From assembly GCF_009914755.1 (NCBI RefSeq), contig NC_060926.1: 64,000 nt of DNA; one strand, 5' to 3'. The DNA is from the human T2T-CHM13v2.0 reference genome, Homo sapiens. This document shows positions 13,037 to 26,690 of this stretch, piece after piece. A program made the position numbers and the translations under genes. Below the pieces are notes generated by a model. It had not been told where the DNA came from and made no database searches. It was given only the letters and a program-made list of their open reading frames with translations. Numbering within the stretch: position 1 is the stretch's first letter; each line of letters opens with the position of its first letter.

Positions 13037-13340
13037 AGCTGGGAACTGTGGCTCACATCAGTAATCCTAGCACTTTGGGAAGCTGAGGGTGGGGAATCAT
13101 TTGAGGCCAGGAGTTCAAGACCGACTGGATAACATGGCAAAACCCTGGCTCTACTAAAAATACAAAAATTAGCCAGGCATGGTGGCACATGCCTATAAAC
13201 CCAGCTACTTGGGAAGTTGAGGCACAAGAATCGGTTGAACCCCAGCGACGGAGGCTGCAGTGAGCCAAGATCTTGCCACTGCACTCCAGCCTAGGTGACA
13301 ATGGGAGACTCTGTCTCAAAAACAACAACAACAAAAAAAA
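13037..13340 (+). mobile_element. Alu (older AluJ/AluS-like), full length
   Basis: Dimeric Alu with heavy CpG decay and an (AAC)n/A tail. Confidence 0.96.
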
Positions 13341-15374
13341 TTAAATTTTTAAAAAATTTAGAAGTGCAAGGGAAAATAACTTTAAGTTTTCTTGTTTTCA
13401 CAGAAAATTTTTTAAAAAGGAAGGAAGGAAAGGGAAGGAAGAAAGGGAGGGAGGGAGATGTAGCTATGCTGGGATGCATAGTTGAAATGTTAAGTGATAA
13501 TATGGATGTGTCCACTATGATTAAATTAAGATTATAGAGTCTATTTGTACAAAACAACTCAAAAGAACATACAGTATATAGTGTGTATTTGCATATGTTT
13601 TGATACTGTATATGTAATATATATTGTAAGAATGAAAAAGTATAATTTTTGTTTTTTATATATCATTTATAATTTTCTTGTTCCTGATGTCCATTTTTCC
13701 CTGAGTTGTTGCTCATGATAATCATGTTCCTATATTTTGTATTTGATGATGTTATTTGGTGATTAGCATGTCCTTCTGGTTCATCCATTTAGCCTATAAA
13801 TTGCAAGTAGTGCTGCTTCAGTTGCACGCTGTCTTCTCCCTTGGCCTTCACTTTGGCCTCTGAAAACCCTTAAATATAACTAATTTATTAAAGAAACAAC
13901 TGGCCTCTCCTGTATTTAATATTTAAGGGGATAGAGATTTAACTTCAGGGCACAAAAACTACACAAAATACTTAGCTAGGTTGTTATTATTTAAATGTTT
14001 CAATGAAATTTAATTTGTAATTTAGGACTTTTCCAATCTTTCCTACATTTTATAATATATTTAACCTAAGCAGCTAAAATCTGAGCATGAGAAAGAATCA
14101 TTCATAAATACAGATGGTACAATGAAGAGCTCCACTGAACACTGCTGAAGCTCGTGAAGTTGAAAGCAGAGTGGCTGATTAGCCATACACATATTTTTAC
14201 TAATCACAGAGCAAGCATATTTTGTTACTGCATAATCAGATGCCTTAGGTATATCAAATATACTTTTTCCACATGACCAAAGTAAGAATTTGCAAGAAAA
14301 GCAATCACCATTCAATTACATGCCTGTGATTATAAAATACTAAAACAAGTCAAATTTCTTTTTCTAATATCAAATTTGAACTTAACCATATTTTCCTAAG
14401 AGCAATTTTCTAGCATTGAAAACCACGACTAACCTTTTGTCAGAAAAAGTGTTTGAGGATATTCCTGATACTGTTAAAGCTTTTTCTTATATGTTCTGGG
14501 CATGTTCTCTCTTCCTGAAATATTTTGATAACTTATAGAAGTTGAATCTATATTTAAGAATAGTCACTGCCCTCCTGTAAATTCAAGAAACTCACGAGGG
14601 GACCTAGATTTTAAAAATCGTTTGTGCTTTTGAAATCTTAGTGAAACTAAGCGTTTTCAATCCATAAAAATTTTAACTAACACATAAAATTCATTCAAAT
14701 CTCTTAAAACCTTAAAAATGATAGACTTCTATTTTGCCCATACAAAAGAAAGCAATAGTGAAATTTTAACTGATAAATATTAAGATGCTTTCTTCTTTAA
14801 GGATTGTAGTTTCAAATGTTTTTACACTAAAAACCAACTGACAGATCTTTTATGAATATTTGGAAAATCATCCTTCGCTTTTTTGCAGCCCAGAAAAGAA
14901 GCAAAAAGAATCATAATATGCATTTTATGTGGTGATATAAAAGAGTCCCATGGTAAGAGCAGACGGAAAATGGTATAGTTATTATTAATTTAGAAAAACA
15001 AAAGAGCAGCCCAGCATTTCAGTAATGTGGCAAGTTGTGTGCTCTTGAAGGAGAGAGGGTTTTATAATTGGATTTTAGAGTAATTTAGAAGACGAGATAA
15101 GATGTAATGGTTGAGTATTAGAGGTTAGAACTACAAGAGAAACCCATAATGTAAGGGTTCACTGCACTGGGGGACAACAGAACAAAGAGAAGCAGCGCCA
15201 ACCGAAAACGGCCCCAGTGAGAAGCAACAAGGTGAGGCTTGCGATGGGGGTTCCCAGAGGGTGTCAGCAGGGACGCAGGCTCAGCCCCTGCAGCATACCG
15301 TAAGGAGCACAGGCTTTTCTCAGAATGCTTTTTCTTTAGTGACCTGTCACTGTCCCACCTCTCCTCCTCCCTAC

Positions 15375-15489
15375 CTGCGAGTTCAGCTTGGCATTTCTTT
15401 CTTCCCTGCAGCCCAGCAGTCAGACCTGAGCATCTGCCATCCAGGCTTCCACCCTCAGCAGGCTGTCCTGGGGCTCCATCCAGGCTCCC
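15375..15489 (-). other. Candidate (possibly cryptic) exon, 115 nt, directly downstream of a UG-rich tract
   Basis: Minus strand: ...gtgtgtgggtggtgtcag|GGGAGCCTGG...AACTCGCAG|gtaggg. Confidence 0.35.
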
Positions 15490-15492
15490 CTG

Positions 15493-16798
15493 ACACCACC
15501 CACACACCCACAGGTCCCCCCACATACACCCCCACACATACACACCCCACACACATAAACACCCACAGACACACACACACACACATACCCACATATACAC
15601 ACACCCCACAAACATAAACACCCACAGATACACACATACACACCCACATACACACACCCCACATACATACACACACTCCCTACACACTCCACTCACATAC
15701 ACACCCACATAAACACATACTTCCCCCATACACACACACAGCCACACACACATCATACACACACTCCCCCTACACACACATACACACCCACAGTCACATC
15801 CACACTTTCCCCACACACATACACATACCCCACACACATACACACCCACATATACACTCCATACACATACACACCCACCAACATACATACACACCACACA
15901 CACATATACCCCCACATACATACACACACTCCCCACACATACCCGACTTACATACACACCCACATATACTTCTCCCATACACACATATACACACCCACAT
16001 ACACCCCTCCACACACACGTATAACTCCCCACACATACATACCCACATAAACACATACATATACATACTTCCCCAACACATATATGCACACCACACACAC
16101 ACCCCTCCACATGCACATACTCCCCCCACACCCATACACATCCAAAACCCCACACACATACACATCCAAATACACCCACACCCACATACACCTTACATAC
16201 ATACACACACTTCCCACACACACCCCACACACATACCCACATATACACACACCCACAGACACACACACCCACATCCACACACCCCACACACATACGCACA
16301 TACATCCCCCCACACGTACCCACATACTTCCCCCCGACACATACACACCCACACACCCCACATACATACCCACATATACACACCCACATACACCCCCCCA
16401 AAACACAAACCCCACACACACATACCCCACACATATACCCACATACAGACACACATACTCATACATGCACTTACTCTCCTCACACACATATTCACCGTAA
16501 ACACATACATACCCACACACCCATACACACATTTCCCCCACATATACACAACCCCATACACACACACTCCCTACCCACACACACATCCACACACCCACAT
16601 TCCCCCACACACACCCATACACACACTCCCCACCACCCCACACACACATATTCACCCCCACACACACACTCCCCACCACCCCACACACATATTCACCCAC
16701 ACACGCTTCTAACACACCTACACACACGCTTTCCACACATATACACAGCACACTCACACCCATATCCCTCCACACACACATGCATACCACCCTACACA
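15493..16798. repeat. ~1.3 kb degenerate CA/CAC/CAT low-complexity tract (GT-rich on the minus strand)
   Basis: Almost only C, A and T on the + strand, with very few G; source of the V/C/G/Y- and H/T/P-rich ORFs in the track. Confidence 0.97.
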
Positions 16799-17170
16799 GA
16801 GAACCAGGGCCTAACCTCTCTATCTCTCTTCTATCCCCGCAAGGCTCAGCCTGTGCCCACTGGGAGACAGAGAAAAGAATCTGAAGAAGAGTAAAATCTG
16901 CCTCTACCCACCCCACCCCCAATTTTCATTCCAAGCCTTAGGCAGATAAATGTACTTTTCCACCTGTTCATTGGGGTCCCTGTCCAGATAATCCATCGCA
17001 CAGGCTCCAGCTCTCAGGTGAAGGCCTCAGGTGAGAGGCTCTTTTTAGATTTAAGAATCCAAGCCTGGAGGGGAAACCCTGTTTCTAGAAAGGGAGAGCT
17101 GTGTTGCTGACGGGCGGTGGGAAGAGATGGGAACCTATGGGGTTGAATTCCTGCCCAGTCATCGGCGCTT

Positions 17171-17189
17171 GGCTACCCCCTGCTGGGCG
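17171..17189 (-). promoter_or_regulatory. CTCF-like motif
   Basis: Minus strand CGCCCAGCAGGGGGTAGCC versus the CTCF core CCASYAGRKGGCRS, in a locally CpG-retaining patch. Confidence 0.6.
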
Positions 17190-19069
17190 GGAAGCTCTTG
17201 GCCTCAGACTCACACATTATGCTCAGGGTCAAGTCTATTCCCAAGGCTTGGGACAGAATCCACTTACTTCCTGTCAAATTGTTATCACACGTTCCCAACG
17301 TGAAGCTGGAGTGTGAAGTTACCTTCCAATCCCCAAGAGGTGTTTGTTAAAGAGTTTTTTTCCTCTGAGCCCTTTGTATGCCAGTTTAAGCAGAACAAAT
17401 CTATTTATTTTTTGTGAGGATCAGTTTATTAAAAGCATGCACATAACTCAAATCGTATAGTAAAATGATGTTAGGCTTTGTTGAGCATGAAAAGTGTGCT
17501 CGCTCAAACCCCATTTCCAACCTTCCGTGCGTCATTTTCCCCTGAAGCAGAACATAGGTTATGTTAACAGGACCTCAGCCCAAAGGCCTAAAATCAGCTT
17601 AGCTCCCAGGCTTTCTCCAGCCATCTCTTCCCACAACCCACTCTTTCCACCTCTCAGGAAAACCCCAGCTACATGATGTAGAAAACTGGCAAATATAAGC
17701 GGACGGGGAACCGATTTTTAACCAGATCAAGTTTTCAAATATAGATTAACACGTTTTAATTGTCCTATAAACTATTATTCTTAAAGTCACTCTTAACAAA
17801 ACCCAGACTTGGAGGAAGTTCTCTGCCATAACTGTAATGTGTATACACTATTAAGATAGTTATGAAACCTCAGACACATTTGGAAGACGTGGCTTAATAG
17901 TGCCTTTAATACAAAATAAAGTAAAATGTAAATAAAAAGGGATTAGTTGTTATAAGCTGTGACACAGCTGCAGCGACAGAAACTGAAGAAACATGTAAAC
18001 AGAGAGTGCTTTTAGTCACTCAGTGACCCAAATGTCTTTTTCAGACTCTCACAATTCTAATTCTGACACACTCGTTCATTTCATTTATTTTGCAAACCAA
18101 GCAGAAATGAAACGGACCTTCAGATTAAGTAAACAGGGGCTTTACATATAGCCACTAAGCTGCCAGATAGACAACTTTTGGTTTACATGGAGTGTAAGGG
18201 TAAAGAAACAATGTCAAAACTGCATCCCTTCTTGCATTTATTGGCATGAAGTGAAAATCCAAATATATTCACCAACAAATTAATAAAGGGTGAACAGGCT
18301 GCTAACCTTGCATGGTGCGTTAAAGTGTCAGAGCACTTGAACTGCACATCATAGCACAGCCTCAGAAATAAACAAACATTTCTCTCTGTCAGAATGGGGT
18401 AAATAAATTAGGATTTGGCTAAATCTCTGGTTGTTTTGCTCCCATGTTGTGGCCTAGAATAAGCCCTACACTATTTCCAGCTGAAGTTGACTCTACTTGA
18501 TACCTTAAGCAAATGAGAGAAAAGACAAGGGTGACAGTGTAGGAAGGAACTGACTTGAGATTTTCCTTTCTTATTAGTTAACAGAGTTGTCAGTGAGTGA
18601 GAATGCAGGATACAAATTAATGCTTTTTCAAAAGCCTTCACTCTAATCCTATTTTTTCCTTAATGATCCCTTTGTCAATTACTGTTGTCTGGGTGTAGCC
18701 TTATAATAGTCATGTTCAGATTGTTTACCAAGGTTGGGTGAAATGGCAGGATGAGGGTGGGGGGAGGGAGGAACAAAGAGATAAGCCTATCCCTGATAAG
18801 CCTAGGAAGCTCTTAACTGAATTCAAGTAACCCTGCCCCCTCCCTCAATGGGAGAAGCATGCCAGCCTTCCCACCAAGTTCTTCCAGATGATACTCAGTA
18901 CTTTAATCTCTATGCCTGCTCAGCAAATTGAGTGATTTCTCTTCTCTAACTCTTGCTATCTGGTGACTCCAACCCCTTTTTTCTTTGAGCCATTTCCTTT
19001 TTCCGTTTTTCTTGAAAAGTTTTCTTAAATCCATACACATTAAACTAATAAAGAAAAATGGAATATAAA

Positions 19070-19462
19070 TGCTATGGTTTGAATGCCCCCTCCAAAACTC
19101 ATTTTGAGATTTAATTGCCATTGTAATAGTATGAAGAGGTGGGCCTTTAAGAAGTGATTAGGCCATGATGGCACTGCCTTCATGAAGGGGTTAATGCTGC
19201 TATCACAGGTCTGGGTTAGTTATTGCAGGAGTGGATTTCTGATTTAAAAAAAAAAAAAAAAGATGAGTTCAGCCAACTTCCCTCTCTGTCTCACATACAC
19301 TCACAATATGATGCCATCTGCCTTAGGATGACCCTTCCCAGAAGCTGGTGTCATGTTCTTGGACTTCCCAGCCTCCAGAACCATGAGCCAAATAAGTTTC
19401 TTTTCTTCATAAATTACCCAGTCTGTGGTGTTCTGTTATAACAGCAGACACAGACTAAGACA
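19070..19462 (+). mobile_element. MST-family MaLR solo LTR
   Basis: TG...CA ends: tgctatggtttgaatg...ggacttcccagcctccagaaccatgagcc...ataaattacccagtc...gactaagaca. Confidence 0.88.
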
Positions 19463-19579
19463 ACAAGCAAAAGTTAAATAGCAAAGTGATGATGGAAGAT
19501 GAAGGACTCTGAAGAAGAGAAAAATCAATGGGATGACAGAACATTTAGGCAGCTTCAATAACAAGATGAAATGTGAATA

Positions 19580-19800
19580 ATAGAAAACATTATTTGAGTG
19601 ATTATTATGTATCAGACACCATTCCAAATATTTTTATGTTTATTATATCCTTTCATCCTCTTTATCACCCTATGAGATGACATTATTATCTCTACTTTAG
19701 AGGCAAAAATGTATTGAGGCCTGGAAAAGTTAGAATTCAATAGCTTATCAGTGGTACAGCTAAGATTTGACTTTTGACCAGGGACTTGTAAAACTATGCT
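19580..19800 (-). mobile_element. MIR
   Basis: aacattatttgagtgattattatg...tttcatcctc...ccctatgag...attattatctctactttagag. Confidence 0.65.
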
Positions 19801-20694
19801 ATGCTAATAGAATAGGAAAATGGGTTAAGAAAAACAACAACAAAAACAAGCCAAACAACATTGCAAGCCAGCCTTTTTAACTGGGTGGGTTTCATTGTTA
19901 TTCAACTGTGGAGTCACATTTGCAAACATTCTTAACCAGAAGAAACCGTGACTGCTCCATATCCCAAAGAATTCAGTATTACATAGTCCAGTATACATAT
20001 TCATGGTCTCAAAAAATCCTGAGCTGCATATTAAAAGGTCCACGAGAGGCAAGTGAATTCAAATAACATAGGAAAGAAGCACATGCAGATGCAAAAGAAC
20101 TATCCAAGTAAAAAGTCTGAACTTCTGTCATGTGATGTTTATACTCAAAATGGCCTAGATGAGAGGTAAAGGGTGGTTACATAATCAAGTGCCTACAACA
20201 GTAGCACTTTTAACAATTTTGGGGCCTGCAGCAAGAAATGAAGGCCCACATATTTTATGTTTTTATGTTTAAAAATATATATAGTCAAGCTAAAAAATGG
20301 TTAAAGTAAAATTCTATCCTCCTATGTAAATTAACAACTGAAAAGGACAATTTTTAACTTAAAATTCTTGGACTACTTCGAATGCTGTGTTAAAATATGG
20401 TAACGTGGAGTGAGTTGGTTTGTGTGTGGCCTCTGATCCCAAACCAAGTCAATCCCATGATCCCCATTTCTCTTCTGCCCTCTGGATGTATTCTGTAACT
20501 CAAACACCTCACTCATCTAACCTGTGCCCACAAGGCCTCCACTCCAAGTACCCCCTTGGCCACCACTCAAGTCTAGAAGAGTGCACACTGGCATCACAGT
20601 CTGTCTTCAGGAGAGACCCAGGGAGAACCATGTAAGCTTGGCATCCTCTGCTCAGGGACTTCCAGGAGCCTGGGTACCTGGAGCAGGATATAAT

Positions 20695-20850
20695 GCTTTG
20701 ACGCTTAAAGTGTAGTCCACAGCACCAGGGGTCTGTTAAAACTTCAGACTCTCAGACCCACGCTGGACCTACCCACTGAATTAGAATCTACACTTTGGCA
20801 GGATCCTCAGGTGTTTCATATAAGCACATTAAAGTTTGGGACGCACTGGG
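20695..20850. mobile_element. MER5A-type MITE
   Basis: aaagtgtagtcc...actgaattagaatctacac...cacattaaagtttggga. Confidence 0.7.
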
Positions 20851-21969
20851 CCAAAAGGGATGGTGGCTGCTTGACAGGCAAGTCCACTTGTCCCCAAGAA
20901 CTCCTCACCCTGTAGAGACAGCCATGGCTGGGTAAGGGCCAGGATGGAAACAACTAAAGAGTAGCACTAGGACAGGATCCCTTCTAGCTCAGGTTGGAAA
21001 CTCAACAACAGATTTAATTACATTCAGGAGGGCAGTAGACCTAGTGTAAAAACATATGCTGACCCATGATGGGGACGTCAAGGGTGGCAGCCCTGCCTAA
21101 CGGAGGCAGCCAGTGCCCAACTATAGCTTACTGTGGCCTGAGGCTATACTATGCTAGCTATGGGGTGAGGTCAAATCATAGACAGGTGGAATTCATATAC
21201 CAGCCTGGTAGTTCTCATGGTGGGTGGGAAAAAAATGGGTATCAGAATCTGCTGAAAAGGTGTTAGAAAATATTCATGTCCCTGCCTCCACCCCTGAGAA
21301 AGTATCTAAAATTTTGGTTGAGGAAGAAAAACATACATTTTTATTTTTAAAAATCCCCAGATCATTTTGATTCATCCTCCCTAACCCCTGCCTCCACCCT
21401 TGCCATGTTAAAAATTATTCTGGACAACAGAACACAGTTAGCTGTTTCCATTGATTGTCACTGCTTAAGGCCCGGGGTTGTGCTTGGATGAGGCTGCTGA
21501 CTTGCTTAATCCTTTCTCAGTCATTCTCTTATCACAAGTACACACATGAACAAAGGTTCACTCTCCATCTCTACATGCTAAGTGGAGCCAAAACGGACAC
21601 ATGGTGGAATTATAAGCGAAAAATTCCCAGACCATTTGGTCCCTGTATGAATCTCTACAGGAAATGCATCTCGTGCTGTGCATCTGGGTTTTATCAAAGA
21701 GAAGGTTTATTTCTACCCAGGATTCCGTTTTTTTGATAGTTACATTCTTCAAAGTAGGTGAAAAGACAAAAGAAAAAAGAAGAAGAAGAAAAAAAAGGTG
21801 GGGGAAATCTAAAGTAAGGTAACATAATTATTGAAGAATACTGAGGCAATCACTTCTGTTCCTTTAGCCACATTCCTCTGTGTGTATAATTACACAAATA
21901 TTTTCCAAGTCATAATTCAAAAATAATTTATCTTTGACATTTGCATGCAATGCTACTTTTTTTTTTTAA

Positions 21970-22160
21970 CAAATATTTATCGAGAATACACTACATATTG
22001 GACACTTTCACATACATTATTTTATTTAATCCTTACAATAACTCTTTGAGTAAGGCCTGTGAGCAGTCTAAGACACAGAGAGAATGACTGACCTGTTCAG
22101 ATCATTTATCAGCAAGTTAGTGGGAGAATGTCTCCAATTCACCCAGCATTCTGTCCACAA
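21970..22160 (-). mobile_element. MIR
   Basis: atatttatcgagaata...catacattattttatttaatccttacaataac. Confidence 0.6.
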
Positions 22161-22734
22161 CAATACCTCTTTTAATTCGTTATCTGGCCCTGTTGAGAAT
22201 AGGATATTCCACAAATATTATCTTTCATTATAGAAGCTTAGCCTACAGAGCAATCACAGTCTAAAAATTTAAATATTTCTGAGGAAAGACCTTTTGACAT
22301 ACATTGTCTATTTCCCTGTCTTCTAAATAAAGCATGGTGAACATTAGCTTTTTCCTAATAATTCAGTCATAATGTTTTTACTGTGCTATATAGTAGTATA
22401 AATGTTTATATCTTTTTCAAATTTTATGTCTCTCTCCCCCTCAACTGTTATATGTCAAAATAAGCATTAGGTAGGGTCTGAGTTAGAGCCCAACAGGTAA
22501 AGTGCATGGAATTCATGTAAAGGCTTTGTGTCTATTTCATGGGCTGGAAGAACTTTTTGAATTCTAATTTTGGGAATAAGGTTGCAAGTGAGCTGACTTC
22601 TAGATAGGTTGGGAGGTAGCATTTGAGGTCCTGGGACAACAGATTCACTTACCTAAATCAGTCTCATTTAAGAAATTCCTGAACCACACGAATAATTAGA
22701 TATAACTTCTACCACTTGTTGAACAATAAAAGAA

Positions 22735-22960
22735 AGAGCAGAGTCTAAATAGTTCAGAGCACAGATTCTGGAGCTAGACTGGGATATTCTGTCTTTGCCA
22801 TTTCCAAGAAGTGTGACCTTAAGCAAGTTATGTAACTTCTCTGTGCATCATTTTCCTAACCTGCTCTTAGAAGTTCCTATGAGGATAAAATGGATTATTC
22901 ACATTCATAAAGCTCTTCTGATAGTGTCTGGTATGTAGAAATTGCTATTTGCTCATAAAA
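22735..22960 (+). mobile_element. MIR
   Basis: agagcacagattctggagctagactggg...tgtgaccttaagcaagtta...ctctgtgcatcattttcc. Confidence 0.8.
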
Positions 22961-24389
22961 TAATATAGACAGAAGTCAAATTCTGATGGGAAAAAAAGTC
23001 ACAGATAATCCTGAAAGTGTGTAATCAGCGATCAGCTACATAACCAGAATGACTCTAGATTTGAGGCTCCCATTCCCTGCCATTCTGTGTGTGATGCCTA
23101 TTAAATGGGCCCCTCAGAAGTAAGTTGCTTATTTCTAGTGAACTCTATGGCTTGTGGTAACACGATCCATCATGAGATGCTGCAACAGGCTGACATTTTC
23201 CACATGTAAATCCTTCACTTTGTAATGTAAGAGCAATTACTTTTATGAACAAAATCTTTTCAATCGACCATTTCAAATCCTTGTCTTGCCATGTCATAGT
23301 CAAAACATCTGTCCATTAAAGCTAACGTAAAAGTATATTAAACCAAGTGTGTTTGGTTTGGGACATCTGCTTCTTTCTACTGGTATGAGAACTATTCTAA
23401 ATTCAATGGATTCTGTCTATAGGGCTTTCATGAAAACTTTTTAGTTATATTCATGGGGATTATCAAATAGCCTACAGTTTTGATTACTGTTTCAGGTTCA
23501 AATAGAATTCAGAGTTCAACAAGAGACTCAATCAAAATAACAACAATAATAACAACTATAACACAAAGAATAAAAATCTTTGCCTGACACTTTTACATAA
23601 AGAGTTTCATATATTGATGTTAAGTATTATATAAATATGATATAATGGCTTGTACAATGAGTACTCTATATTTTTAACACTATTGATTTTTTTATGTTCT
23701 TCATTTTGCATTCTTGTTAAACATAGTCATTGTTTTCATACTGAACTTAAAAGGGGAAAAGAATGAACAGAGACTGAGTTCAGGAGACCATGATAGGCCT
23801 AGATTTCAGATCAATCCCAATAGTTTTACCTCTTTTCTATGTTGACTTCTTACTGGAAGCTGAAATTATATGAATGTTTGGATATATTTCCAAGAAAGCA
23901 TTTATTAATAAATATATCTAGAGCTTGGTTATAAAGTTGTGCCAGATGTAATTAAATTTTGAAGAAAATATTTTTTTAAAAAAGTCAAGAAAATAGCATT
24001 CACTATTTTCAACCAACATTTGGCTTATAAACAAAGTACAGTTTTCTAAAATAACAAAGCCAGCCACGTAAGCCTCCTTGACCATGGTATTTACTGATCA
24101 CTTTCCATATTTCATTTTCTTTGCAATATATCCACAACAAATTGTAGTAGAAAGAACAAAGAACTTACAGTCTGAAAAAACTCTGTTCAAGTCCTAATCA
24201 AATCCTTATCAATCTTTGACTACATGAATTTGAGCCAGTAACACAACCTTCCTTCTCACTTTCCTTAACTCAGAGTCAACACACGCTACCTCTCTAATAA
24301 GATTGAATGCTGGTGAAAGTTGCAACATATGAGATTTTTATGCATTGATCAAGTGCCTACTGTGTGCTAGGCTTTATTCAAGCCATGAC

Positions 24390-24878
24390 TGATGGTTAAA
24401 AAGAGCCCCCAATGAATCGAGTTTTCCTCGGTGCATGCCAGTTACAAAGTGAATTTGCTGTTCCTCTCCTTTAGAGGTGAAGTCTGTTTTCCATCACTTG
24501 AACCTGGGCTAGCCTGGTGACTTGCTCTGACTAACAGAATGTAGCAGAAATTACTTTCTAGGACTCCATACCCAAGCCTGCTTTTGCTCTTGGAGCCCTG
24601 TTGCCATGCTAAGAAGTTCAGCCCATCCAACTGGACAGAGAGGCCACATGGGGAGAGGGAGACCCTGGAGGATATGAAACCACATAGAAAGGGAGGTCCC
24701 ATGACAAGCACTGACCCACTCCACCTCTGGCCAACACCACATAAAGCAGAGAGGAGCAGACCCTCTGAGCCCTGCCCCAGATTCTGACCCACATGATCAT
24801 GAGAAAAACATGGTACAGTTGTGTTAGGCCACTAAGATTTGGCATGATGTGTATTTGTCGGTATATAACTGATAAACA
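24390..24878 (+). mobile_element. MLT1-family MaLR LTR (MLT1G/H-like)
   Basis: cttgaacctgggctagcctggtgacttgctctgactaacagaatgtagcagaa...gagccctgccccagattctgacccaca...gccactaagatttgg. Confidence 0.8.
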
Positions 24879-24983
24879 ATTCAGTATTTTCACTGTCTTT
24901 GCAATCTTCAGCACAACCTTTTGAAATAGTTATTGTACCCATTTCACAGAGAGGAAGCTATGGATCAAAATAAACTGATAATG

Positions 24984-25275
<292 letters not shown>

Positions 25276-25644
25276 AGACTGATATTGGATGTAAACACCA
25301 CTTCACAAACCCCTAAAGTGCCCTAACTGACAGCAAAACCATGAAACTCTCCCCCTCTTGTGAAGGAGTACACTTAAAAAAAACTTTCTATATAAAAGCA
25401 TTGTTCTGCTTCATGCAATGATTCAGAAACCCCCTAAACATTCTCAGTAAATCTCTGTCATTTTTTTCCCAGTGGGATAAAAGCCTATTGCTAGGTCTTG
25501 GAGACAGCAGACTCCAGTTTAATGTAAGTTCCAGGACAATCAAAACCACTTGTATTCCAACAAAATGTTCAGTTTCTCACATTAATGGAAACAAGACTCA
25601 AGTTTGGATTAAGCATTCTAGTCTTTTGATTCAGTTGGCCTAAC

Positions 25645-25800
25645 TCATAGGATTTTAGAGCTGAATCGAAGCTTAAGGTCATCTGGTCCAAACCTCCAAT
25701 ATCAGACAAAAACTTACTCAAGTCTACCCACCCAGTTCATGGCAGCAGGACCAAACCAGGTATCTGATTCCCAATCCACTCAGCACTGCCTTTCAGACAC
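25645..25800 (-). mobile_element. MIR3 fragment
   Basis: tcataggattttagagctg...aaggtcatctggtccaaacctc. Confidence 0.6.
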
Positions 25801-26544
25801 AGTTCCAAGAGTCATTGCAGAGGTCACCTAGTGCAGGATTACCCACTTCCAGAATTTTGGAAAAGATAAATAATTGCATGTCTTCTCATATAACAGTTTC
25901 ATCTATTTTCACTAATAGGATTATGTAGTCTTTTAAAGCTAGATCTAAAGTCTTTCACAAAAGAGAACATCTGCATTACTTATTTTTTAAAAAAATACCA
26001 TAATAACTTTTAAAATAACATAAAGAAAAGTGCACAAAAGGCATGAATGGCATGTGATCAGAAGAAAGGATGATTTAATTGGGCAATATGAGCACAATTC
26101 TCAATTCATTATTTATGATGCTTGTTGACATTTGCAGTGAAACATCAATGTTGGCTTCTTAGTATAAAATAAGTGATTGGGAGGAAACACCATGCAAACT
26201 AACAGAACATCTTTGGCACGTATCTAATGGTAGCAAAAAAAAAAAAAAAAATTAAAACATCCCATCATTAACTAGTTTTGTTTTCATGATGTTCATTCTG
26301 CTTCATTTGCACATCTTTTAGCAGCAAAAGTTAAAAACAGAAGTTGCATTCCTAAAGCTGATTTTGCTAAAATATCTTGTTATGAGAAAAAGGACTCCTA
26401 TGAAATAAAAAGCAAACAAACAACATCAAGAACAGCTTTATTGGCTCAAGGACTGGGCTGGCCCATGGAAAAAATCCTGGAGTGATTTGTCCTAGTCCTA
26501 TAGTGCATACATATTTCTTGCCTTGAGCTATACCTTATACAATT

Positions 26545-26690
26545 GAAATGTTACTATATGCTTCAAGTATGTCTTATCTTCTGAACTACATCAAATTCCA
26601 TAAGAGTAGAGACTGTTCCTTAAATATCTTCCTTCACAGTGCCTACCAAATTCTATACTTCTATGTAAAACTAGAAAATTTGCTAAGAGA
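26545..26690 (+). mobile_element. L2 3' tail fragment
   Basis: gtcttatcttctgaactaca...aattccataagagtagagactg...cacagtgcct. Confidence 0.5.

Noticed and set aside
15118-16922. Long ORFs (444 aa, 324 aa and others) rich in V/C/G/Y or H/T/P
   Set aside because: They are translations of the CA/GT low-complexity tract, which lacks stop codons by composition and is open in several frames on both strands.
20190-21000. Possible old hAT-Tip100-type DNA transposon surrounding the MER5A copy
   Set aside because: Only a vague resemblance; family and boundaries cannot be supported by eye.
22647-22720. Strong minus-strand donor TAG|gtaagt at 22653
   Set aside because: No convincing matching acceptor, so no exon can be defined.
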